Below are positions 1 to 8,040 of a stretch of DNA of 46,711 nt, piece by piece; positions within the stretch are counted from its first letter, which is position 1, and each line of letters begins with the position of its first letter. The notes beneath the pieces are model-generated. The model ran no database searches. It had not been told where the DNA came from and worked only from the letters and a program-made list of their open reading frames with translations. Source of the DNA: an uncultured Rhizobium sp. (GTDB lineage Bacteria > Pseudomonadota > Alphaproteobacteria > Rickettsiales > UBA1997); the NCBI GenBank assembly GCA_964513555.1, contig CAZENB010000003.1, positions 1-46,711 on the forward strand, in the 5' to 3' direction. Position numbers and translations under genes: made by a program.

Positions 1-8
1 ATTTAACT

Positions 9-1067
9 ATGTCAGAACAAGAAAAAATCAAAATCCTTTGTGTCGAAGACGAGCAAGAAATTCGTGAAAATATTGCTGAAATATTACGTGATGAAGGTTT
101 TGAGGTTTTTGAAGCTGAGAATGGTAAAGCTGGTTTTGAAGCTTTTGTTCAGAACAAACCAGATTTGATTGTGTCAGATATTATGATGCCAGAAGTTGAT
201 GGTTATGGTTTGTTAAAGATGATTAGAGAAAATAAAAATATTAGAAATAATACTATACCATTCATTTTTTTAACTGCTTTGGGTCAAAAAGATGATGTTG
301 TGAAAGGTGTTAACTTATCAGCTAACGATTATTTGGTGAAGCCGATTGATTTTGACTTGATGATTGCAAAAATTAAGGAAAAAACAGCTAATGCTTTAAA
401 GTTGCAAGAAGTTCACAAAAGAAATATTAATAACATTAAAAATCAGGCATCTCAAGTTCTACCAAATGAACTTTTCTCTTACTTAGATATTATAACTCAA
501 GTTTCAAAAATTCTTAAAGAAGAACCTTACGGTCATTTGCCACATCGTCGTTACTTGGAAGATTTCGATAAAATATATTTAAATGCTTTGAAGTTGAAGA
601 GTACAATTACTAATTCTTTAGATGCAACGGTAATTGAAAATAGACTAAATGTTGATGAAGAAATTTTGGAAATAACTGGATTTTTAGATGAGTTTATCTC
701 AAGTCTAAGTGAAAAGTTCAGAAGTAAAATTAAATTTGATCATCCATTTGAATCGCATCTTTTGCCAAAAATAAAGGTTGATAAAACTGTTTTGCTTGAC
801 GCTCTGAAAAGAATTTTTGCTAGCGTATTTAAAGTTGATGCAGAAGCAAATGTTGAAGTTGCAATTATGATGGATCACTTTGATCAAATGGCAATTATTT
901 TTAATTTAAATTCAAGCATTGTTGGCGTTAGTATGATCAATAATGTTAATGAAACTCAGATTAAAAAAGTATTAGATAAACAAAATTGTAATTTCGAAGT
1001 TTCGGAAAATAAGGAAAAAAGCGCTGTTTTATTTATTCCATCTTACCGATTGATTGAAAGACAGTAA
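9..1067 (+). CDS. Response regulator: CheY-like receiver domain fused to a degenerate histidine-kinase-like C-terminal region
   Basis: The N-terminus 'ILCVEDEQEIRE..DLIVSDIMMPEVDGYGLL..FIFLTAL..DYLVKP' carries the REC acidic pocket, phospho-acceptor Asp, T/S and Lys. Residues ~150-350 follow DHp/CA-like spacing but have no H-box His and no N/G boxes. No GGDEF, EAL or HTH motifs seen. Confidence 0.8.
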   Translation: MSEQEKIKILCVEDEQEIRENIAEILRDEGFEVFEAENGKAGFEAFVQNKPDLIVSDIMMPEVDGYGLLKMIRENKNIRNNTIPFIFLTALGQKDDVVKGVNLSANDYLVKPIDFDLMIAKIKEKTANALKLQEVHKRNINNIKNQASQVLPNELFSYLDIITQVSKILKEEPYGHLPHRRYLEDFDKIYLNALKLKSTITNSLDATVIENRLNVDEEILEITGFLDEFISSLSEKFRSKIKFDHPFESHLLPKIKVDKTVLLDALKRIFASVFKVDAEANVEVAIMMDHFDQMAIIFNLNSSIVGVSMINNVNETQIKKVLDKQNCNFEVSENKEKSAVLFIPSYRLIERQ

Positions 1068-1177
1068 ATTTTAGAAATGCTTAAGTATAGTTTTGAATTT
1101 TCTCTAGTTTTCTGCTTTATGCGTTTTATTCGTATTTTTGGTAAAAATTTCTCAAAATACATATATTTTTAAAATTT

Positions 1178-4150
1178 ATGATTCAGAAAAATTCCCAAAA
1201 AAATACGAAGAAAAAAAAATCTCAACATCCTCATCTAGAACAATTTGAAGGGGAGTTAAAAAAAGGAATAGGTTTATTTTATAAGGTAAGCTTCTCTATT
1301 TTTTTAACTTTCTTCATAGTTCTTTTTTATTTCATAGTTCTAGTTTCAACAAAGCCAAAATCTTTTTCATATGTTACTCAAGAAATAAGATATTTTCTTG
1401 CTGTCAACTTGGGTGATGCAACAATAAAAGAAAGTCATATTAGTTTTACGAAATATGGAACTTTAAAGTTGTCAGTTGATGATTTTAGAGTTTTTTATTT
1501 ACCTTCTAATAATAGTGAGAAACAAGATTTGATGATTCCAAAAATAGAAAGCGAATTTTCACTTCTTGATTTGATTTTTTTTCAATTTAAGCCAAGTAAA
1601 GTAAAAATATTAAATCCCGAAATTGTTATAAATCAAACAAATGAAGTTGCAGAAGATGTCATTGGGGAAAATCAGCAAGAAGATCAATCAAATTTACTTA
1701 AAACTTTATTTCTAGCAATTAGAGTTGAAAAAATCCCAGTTAAAAACTTTGAAATTGAAAATGCTACTTTAGTAGTTAATGGAAAACACGTTAAAACTAA
1801 AGTGCTTTTAAAAAGTTCGCAGATTCGTACATCTTATAATGGAAATGCACTAAATATTTCGTCAAATAATGTTGTAAATTTTTATAATAATACGCCAGAT
1901 GTTGGTTTAAAAGCAAATTGTAATCTAGAAAAAAACGATTCTTTAAGATGTAACTTAGTAATAAATAACTTTTTTTTATCATCAATTTTTGATCTTTATC
2001 CAGCTTTTCATAATTTACAAAAAGTTAATGCATCTTTAAACGCAAATGCTTCTATACTGTTAGAAAAAGGAGATTTTAAGACTTTAAGTTTTAGAGCAGA
2101 AGCAGCCAAAGGAGATTTTGATTTTCCAGAGTTCTTTCACAAAAAAATGACTTTTGATAATCTTATTGTAGTTGGTGAGTTTCACAAAGATCTTGGAGTT
2201 TTTAATTTGTCAGAAATCAAAACTAATTTTCATGTAAATAATCCAAAATATCAAAATAAAGCTCAATTTAGCATGATTTTTGCTATATCTGACATTTTTG
2301 ATGCACAAAATAGACAATTCAATTTAAATATTGGTTTAAAAAATGTTCCAAATAATGAAGTAGAGAATTTTTGGCCTAAAAATTTGTCAGAAGCTGGAGC
2401 AAGAGATTGGGTTACAAATCACATAAAAGAAGGAAATATAGATAATGCTTATGCTGACTTTACTTTAAAAAGTAGTGGCGAAAAAACAGAATTAACAAAA
2501 ATTGATGCTGGTTTAAGTTTTTCTGGTTCAAATCTGAACTATAGCGATTCTTTCCCTAAAATTACTGATATTTCTGGTTCAGCCAAATTTAGTAAAAAAG
2601 ACATGAAAATTGAGATTCTATCAGGAAATGTCTTGGGTAGTAAAATTTCACAAGCTCAAGTCTCAATTGATGATTTTAGTGCCAATAAAATTATGTTAAA
2701 CATCTCTGGAAAATCAAAAGGCAGTGCTTCTGATTCTTTAAAACATGCCGATAATAGTCAGAAATTTGCCAATCAAGTTGAGCAATATTTAAACGGTAAT
2801 TCTTTTAATAACTTTGATATCAGAATTCCATTAATTGATAATCTAACCTTAAAAGATACTTATATAGCTGTTAATTCAACAATTAACGATTTAAAAAATG
2901 ATTATATAAAAGGTGGATTGATTGTTACTACTAAAAAAGATTATGGTAAAAATGATTTTATTACAAAGCTTGTTTTAGACGCTGCAGAATATTCTTATAA
3001 AACTCTAGATATTAGTAAAAAAAGAGGTGTTGAAAGCAATTTGGATTTGGTCATATCTTTTGCTGATCCTAAAAAAATTGCTTTCAATAATGTAAACTTT
3101 TGGAAAAAAGATGTTTTAGAAAATGGAGGAAAAGGTTATAGATTTTCAAAAATATCGGGAAATGCAGTCTTTGATTTAAAAGGTTTTTCCCCTAGATTAG
3201 TTAATTTGAAAAACGAGAATTTTGGTTGGAATAATTACTCATTTTCTTATTTGAATAATTATCAAGAAAAGAAAATATCTTTAAAAGGAAAAGTTTTTAA
3301 TTTAGAGCCACTAATTACTAATAAGTTTTTCTCATCACCTTCAGATAAAAGTGATAAGTTAGATATTGATATTGTTCTTGGAACTTTATTACTTTCTGAT
3401 AATAAATTAGTTAAAAGTTTTTATTTGTCTCTTGATTGCTACAAAGGATTTTGTAGCAAAGGAGTTGTCAGAGGAAATTATGATCAGAAAGAATATCTAA
3501 ATTTGCAGATTGATAAAAAACCAAATAAAAATTCTTCTGATATTAATGGAAGAATTACAGATATTGGATATTTGGCAGAAGCTCTATCTATTTCTGATAA
3601 AGTTTTGGGTGGAGATGCAAAAGTAAATCTAACTAATAAATTTGTTAATGGAAACTCATTTTTTGGAGGTGAAATTACAATTGAAAATGATATAACTATA
3701 TTTGAAACTGCAACTGTCAAAAAATTAGCAAAAGACAATTTATTTTCTAAAATAAAAGATAAAATTTTTTCTAGTGAGAAAATAACTTTCAACTCAGTTA
3801 AGGTGAACTTTGAGTTAAGTAAAAATGGCTTAAATATAAATTCTTTACTAGCTAACAATTATAAAATTGGTATCACGGCCAAAGGTTTGATTAATTTTAA
3901 AGATGATAGTTACAATATAAAAGGCATGATTATTCCTGGTTTTATAATTAATAATTTATTTGGAATTGGAAATATTCCAATTCTTGGAAATGTTGTAAGT
4001 GGAATTCTTACGGGAGGTGAGGGTGGTGGATTATTTGGAATTCGTTATCAATACTCAAAAAATAAAAATGATAAAGAAGCTAAGTTTGATACAAATAAAG
4101 TTTCAGCTTTTGTGCCAACTACAATTCGTAATTTGTTTGATGCAATATAA
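1178..4150 (+). CDS. YhdP/AsmA-family large envelope protein (DUF3971/AsmA_2-like)
   Basis: 990 aa with a basic N-terminus and a single TM helix ('FSIFLTFFIVLFYFIVLV'), followed by a long beta-rich body. The Gly-rich C-terminal tail 'GILTGGEGGGLFGIRYQYS' is typical of YhdP/AsmA-like proteins. Confidence 0.7.
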   Translation: MIQKNSQKNTKKKKSQHPHLEQFEGELKKGIGLFYKVSFSIFLTFFIVLFYFIVLVSTKPKSFSYVTQEIRYFLAVNLGDATIKESHISFTKYGTLKLSVDDFRVFYLPSNNSEKQDLMIPKIESEFSLLDLIFFQFKPSKVKILNPEIVINQTNEVAEDVIGENQQEDQSNLLKTLFLAIRVEKIPVKNFEIENATLVVNGKHVKTKVLLKSSQIRTSYNGNALNISSNNVVNFYNNTPDVGLKANCNLEKNDSLRCNLVINNFFLSSIFDLYPAFHNLQKVNASLNANASILLEKGDFKTLSFRAEAAKGDFDFPEFFHKKMTFDNLIVVGEFHKDLGVFNLSEIKTNFHVNNPKYQNKAQFSMIFAISDIFDAQNRQFNLNIGLKNVPNNEVENFWPKNLSEAGARDWVTNHIKEGNIDNAYADFTLKSSGEKTELTKIDAGLSFSGSNLNYSDSFPKITDISGSAKFSKKDMKIEILSGNVLGSKISQAQVSIDDFSANKIMLNISGKSKGSASDSLKHADNSQKFANQVEQYLNGNSFNNFDIRIPLIDNLTLKDTYIAVNSTINDLKNDYIKGGLIVTTKKDYGKNDFITKLVLDAAEYSYKTLDISKKRGVESNLDLVISFADPKKIAFNNVNFWKKDVLENGGKGYRFSKISGNAVFDLKGFSPRLVNLKNENFGWNNYSFSYLNNYQEKKISLKGKVFNLEPLITNKFFSSPSDKSDKLDIDIVLGTLLLSDNKLVKSFYLSLDCYKGFCSKGVVRGNYDQKEYLNLQIDKKPNKNSSDINGRITDIGYLAEALSISDKVLGGDAKVNLTNKFVNGNSFFGGEITIENDITIFETATVKKLAKDNLFSKIKDKIFSSEKITFNSVKVNFELSKNGLNINSLLANNYKIGITAKGLINFKDDSYNIKGMIIPGFIINNLFGIGNIPILGNVVSGILTGGEGGGLFGIRYQYSKNKNDKEAKFDTNKVSAFVPTTIRNLFDAI

Positions 4151-4171
4151 AGCATAATTTTTTCTTTTTTA

Positions 4172-5503
4172 ATGACAAAAATAAATATAATAGGTGCTGG
4201 TCTTGCTGGTTCTGAGGCGGCATGGCAATTGGCCAAAAGAGGTTTTGAAGTTGAAATTTTTGAAATGCGCAATAAAGACAGAAAAACTTTTGCCCATAGA
4301 ACTCAAGATTTTGCTGAATTAGTTTGTTCTAATTCTCTTAGAAGTGATGATGTAGTAACTGCAATTGGCTTGTTGCATCATGAAATGCGAGCTCTAGATT
4401 CTTTAATTATGCACTCAGCTGATAATAACAAGGTTCCTGCTGGATCTGCTTTAGCTGTTGATAGAGAGGGTTTTTCCAAATTTATTGAAAATGAATTATT
4501 AAAAACTGGTAAAGTTAAAATTTCGCGCAAAGAAATTGAAGAATTACCAACTGATTCAAATGAACAATGGATTATTGCAACAGGACCTTTGACTTCTGAT
4601 GCTTTGGGAAAGTCAATTTTAAAACATAGTGGTGAAGAACACTTAGCTTTCTTTGATGCAATAGCCCCAATTGTTTTTAAAGATTCAATTGATTTTGAAC
4701 AAGCTTGGTTTCAGTCACGTTATGATAAAGGAAGTGGTACAGATTACGTAAATTGTCCTCTAAATAAAGAGCAATATTATGAGTTTGTTAATGATCTTTT
4801 AGGTTCTGAAAAAACAGAATTTAAAGAATGGGAAAAAGACACTCCTTATTTTGATGGTTGTTTGCCAATTGAGATTATGGCACAAAGAGGACAAGACACT
4901 TTACGTTTTGGTCCAATGAAGCCAGTTGGATTAACAAATCCAAAAACTGCTCATTTGGGGCGTGAAGGTAAACCATACGCCGTTGTGCAGTTAAGACAAG
5001 ATAATAAAATTGGTACTCTTTATAATATTGTTGGTTTTCAAACCAAAATGAAATATGGTGACCAAAAAAGAGTTTTTAAGAAAATTCCTGGTTTACAAAA
5101 TGCTGAATTTGCAAGATTTGGTGGTATTCATAGAAACACTTTTCTAAATTCTCCAAAAATTTTAGATGAGTTATTGCGACTTAAAACTGCTCCAAATATT
5201 CGTTTTGCTGGTCAAATCACAGGTGTTGAAGGTTATGTTGAATCAGCTGCAATGGGATTATTATCTGGAATTTTTATAGCAAATGATTTTATAGGAAAAA
5301 CATCCAAGCCAAATGCTAAAACTGCAATTGGTTCTCTTCTGAATCATATAACTTGTGGGCATGAAGGAATTGATTTTCAGCCAATGAATGTGAATTTTGG
5401 TTTATTTGATAATTTAGAAGAAAAAGTAAAGAAAACTGATAGAAAGCTGGCTTACTCTCAAAGAGCAGTTTTGGAATTAGAAAATTTTATAAAAGAAATT
5501 TAA
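4172..5503 (+). CDS. trmFO: Methylenetetrahydrofolate--tRNA-(uracil-5)-methyltransferase TrmFO (Gid)
   Basis: FAD fold '[21 protein letters not shown]', then 'LVCSNSLR', '[16 protein letters not shown]' and 'NVNFGL'. The 443 aa length fits TrmFO. Confidence 0.92.
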   Translation: MTKINIIGAGLAGSEAAWQLAKRGFEVEIFEMRNKDRKTFAHRTQDFAELVCSNSLRSDDVVTAIGLLHHEMRALDSLIMHSADNNKVPAGSALAVDREGFSKFIENELLKTGKVKISRKEIEELPTDSNEQWIIATGPLTSDALGKSILKHSGEEHLAFFDAIAPIVFKDSIDFEQAWFQSRYDKGSGTDYVNCPLNKEQYYEFVNDLLGSEKTEFKEWEKDTPYFDGCLPIEIMAQRGQDTLRFGPMKPVGLTNPKTAHLGREGKPYAVVQLRQDNKIGTLYNIVGFQTKMKYGDQKRVFKKIPGLQNAEFARFGGIHRNTFLNSPKILDELLRLKTAPNIRFAGQITGVEGYVESAAMGLLSGIFIANDFIGKTSKPNAKTAIGSLLNHITCGHEGIDFQPMNVNFGLFDNLEEKVKKTDRKLAYSQRAVLELENFIKEI

Positions 5504-5519
5504 ATTTGATAATTTTAGC

Positions 5520-6236
5520 ATGAAAAATTTTACTGCATTACTTTTTGTAACATTATTTATATCTTGTGGTGCAGATTGGTCTTATGAAGGTGAAAATGCT
5601 CCACAAAAATGGGGAGAAATAAAAGAAGAATATAAATTTTGTAAAATTGGCTATAATCAGTCTCCAATTGATGTGGATTTTAATAAAAAGCAAAGTGAAG
5701 AAGATAAATCAAAAAAGCCAGAATTAAAATTTTCTTATAGTGATGCAACTCTTTACTTGGAAGGTGAAAAAATGCTTTTTGATCGTAAAGATTTTATAGA
5801 ACTAAGAAAAAGACAGTATTTTCTGAATAAAATAACTTTTCATCATCCAAGTGAACATTATTCAAATTCAGTTCAGCAAGTTTTAGAAATGCAAATATTT
5901 CACAAAAGTGATAGTGAACAACTACTTATTTTGTCTGTTTTTGTAAAAGTTGGGAAAGAAAATATAGAGATAAATAATTTGATTAGTCTTCTCGAAGCAT
6001 CAAACAAAAGTTTAGAAATAAAAATTAACTTCCAAAAAATTCTTAATCTAAAAGATGAAATGTTTTTTTATGAAGGTTCTTTAACAACTCCTCCTTGTAC
6101 GGAAGGAGTGAAGTGGTTTGTTAGCAAGACCCCAATTCAGATGTCAAAAGATCAAATTAATAAAATCATTAAATTGATTTTATACGATAAAGCTAATGCT
6201 CGTCCGCTGCAAGAATTCCACCCACAACTTTACTAA
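5520..6236 (+). CDS. Alpha-class carbonic anhydrase homologue, lipoprotein-type signal, active site apparently degenerate
   Basis: Lipobox 'LFISCG'. Alpha-CA signatures 'WSYEGENAPQKWGE', 'CKIGYNQSPIDV', 'HPSEH' and 'EGSLTTPPCTEGVKWFV' are present. The canonical 'QFHFH' and 'ExHxVH' read 'ITFHH' and 'EMQIFH' here. Confidence 0.8.
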   Translation: MKNFTALLFVTLFISCGADWSYEGENAPQKWGEIKEEYKFCKIGYNQSPIDVDFNKKQSEEDKSKKPELKFSYSDATLYLEGEKMLFDRKDFIELRKRQYFLNKITFHHPSEHYSNSVQQVLEMQIFHKSDSEQLLILSVFVKVGKENIEINNLISLLEASNKSLEIKINFQKILNLKDEMFFYEGSLTTPPCTEGVKWFVSKTPIQMSKDQINKIIKLILYDKANARPLQEFHPQLY

Positions 6237-6243
6237 AAAAGAT

Positions 6244-7191
6244 TTATCTTAAATGAAATTTTTCATAAGAGTTAATCAATCTTTCTTTGTCAATTTTCGT
6301 GTAGCGCTGAGTTGTTGATAAGCTTTCATGTCCTAATAATTCTTGAATTGTTCTTAAATCTCCACCAGCTGAAAGTAAGTGAGTTGCAAAAGAATGACGA
6401 AAAGCGTGAGGTGTTGTAGTTTCAGAAAGAGCAAGCTTTTGTCTGATTTTTTGTATTATGTTGCTAAAATCTCTTCTAGTATATGTTTTTCCTTTATTTC
6501 CAAGAAAAATAGGGGTTTCACGATCAATTGAAAATGGGCATAGTTTTAGATATTCGTCAATTTTTTCTATCACAACTGGTAGTATAGGAACCATTCTTTG
6601 TTTTTTACCCTTACCACTTACAATCAAGGTTTGGTTATTTTCTAGAGCTTTTTTATTGACCGCTAAAGATTCTGAAATACGAAGACCACAACCGTAAATT
6701 AAAATAAGCAAAGCTTCATCTCTTTTTATTTTCCACAAGTTCTTGGGATTATTTTTGTAAAGATTTTTTATTTCTTCTAATATCCTTTTTATATCAATTT
6801 CATCAACTGCCTTTGGTAGTGATTTAGCAATTTTAGGAGTTTTTAGCTTTTTAATTTCTTGGTTATTTAGTAGTGAATTTTCGTTGCAGAATTTAAAAAA
6901 AGATCTAAGACTTGAAACCGCTCTAGCATTAGAGGAGTTATCGTGATTTTCTATTCTTGAAGAAAGCCAACTTCGGAAATAACGAATATTTAAATTTTCT
7001 AAATCATTTTTCTCTAAAGTTTTTTCTTTTAATTTAAAAAGAAAATCAAGAAAGTAGAAAATATCAATTTTATAAGAATTTAGAGTATGATTGGAATATC
7101 TTTTTTCGGACGATAAAAATCTAAAAAACTTATCAGTCAAAAAAATAACTTCCTCATTGCACTTATTATGAATTGATATGGCTTTAGACAT
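6244..7191 (-). CDS. Tyrosine site-specific recombinase, XerC/XerD family
   Basis: 'GCGLRISESLAV' (Arg I), 'HAFRHSFATHLLSAGGDLRTIQELLGHESLSTTQRYT' (HxxR, H and catalytic Y). I prefer the ATG at 7191 ('MSKAIS') over the TTG at 7227 in the ORF track, because the longer form overlaps the divergent neighbour. Confidence 0.85.
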   Translation of the reverse strand: MSKAISIHNKCNEEVIFLTDKFFRFLSSEKRYSNHTLNSYKIDIFYFLDFLFKLKEKTLEKNDLENLNIRYFRSWLSSRIENHDNSSNARAVSSLRSFFKFCNENSLLNNQEIKKLKTPKIAKSLPKAVDEIDIKRILEEIKNLYKNNPKNLWKIKRDEALLILIYGCGLRISESLAVNKKALENNQTLIVSGKGKKQRMVPILPVVIEKIDEYLKLCPFSIDRETPIFLGNKGKTYTRRDFSNIIQKIRQKLALSETTTPHAFRHSFATHLLSAGGDLRTIQELLGHESLSTTQRYTKIDKERLINSYEKFHLR

Positions 7192-7210
7192 CAAACTTAA
7201 TTTTAATTTT

Positions 7211-7999
7211 ATGAAAGAAATATCCAAAATATTCTTTGCTATTTTTATTTTTACAAATGTTATTTGTCAAAAATCTTTTGCTGAAAACACGCTTATTTGG
7301 AACAGTTCTGAAGGTTTGAAAAGAATTGAACAAAGTAAATATAAAAACGACTTTTATCAACTAATTAACTATTATCAACCGCAAAATAATCCCCTTTTTT
7401 GCAGTATTGCAACTGGAACAATTTTTTTAAATGCCTTTTATCAAAATTCTGAAATTGAAAGTCAGAAAGAGAATGAAGTGAAAAAACCACAATTTGAAGG
7501 TGGAGAGGTTTTAGAATTTCATTCTTACTCACAACAAAGTTTTTTAAATGAAAAAACTGATAAAATAAAAAAGCGCGAAATGATTCAGTTAAAAGAACCA
7601 GTTAAAATAAAAGAAGGAAAAAATATATATGATGCTGGTTTAACTTTATCAGAATTTGCACAAATCTTATCAAGAATTTATTCTCTTAAAGTTACTATTA
7701 ATTATGCTGATGAAAATGATGAAGAAGCCTTGAATGAATTTCGTGATAACCTCAAGAAATATTTGTCTGATAGCAAAACTTTTATAGCAGTAAATTTTGA
7801 TGGTAAAGTACTAGGAAAAAACACGCAAGGACACATTTCTCCAATTGCAGCGTATGATGAAAATTCAGACTCAATTTTAGTTCTTGATGTAGCATTGCAT
7901 AAAAATTTATGGTATTGGGTTTCAACAAATAAACTATATGAAGCCATGAACACAAAAGACGGAGAAAGTTTTAGGGGATATGTTCTTGTAAGGAAGTAA
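7211..7999 (+). CDS. Secreted phytochelatin-synthase-like (peptidase C83 family) protein
   Basis: Signal peptide 'MKEISKIFFAIFIFTNVICQKSFA'. 'NPLFCSIATGTIFLNAF' holds the Cys, 'GHISPIAAYD' the His and 'ILVLDVALHKNLWYWV' the Asp, matching the PCS Cys-His-Asp layout. Start moved to the ATG at 7211. Confidence 0.7.
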   Translation: MKEISKIFFAIFIFTNVICQKSFAENTLIWNSSEGLKRIEQSKYKNDFYQLINYYQPQNNPLFCSIATGTIFLNAFYQNSEIESQKENEVKKPQFEGGEVLEFHSYSQQSFLNEKTDKIKKREMIQLKEPVKIKEGKNIYDAGLTLSEFAQILSRIYSLKVTINYADENDEEALNEFRDNLKKYLSDSKTFIAVNFDGKVLGKNTQGHISPIAAYDENSDSILVLDVALHKNLWYWVSTNKLYEAMNTKDGESFRGYVLVRK

Positions 8000-8040
8000 T
8001 TTCCGTAAACAAAAATTATAAATTTCTTTTAAAACACCAA

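Noticed and set aside
1209-1219. Homopolymeric A-runs inside coding 5' ends (the AsmA-like gene's 'KKKKS' region, the acrA-like start at ~16073) as phase-variation switches
   Set aside because: Runs of 8-9 A encoding Lys are common in AT-rich genomes. There is no evidence of alternative frames yielding products and no contingency-gene context.
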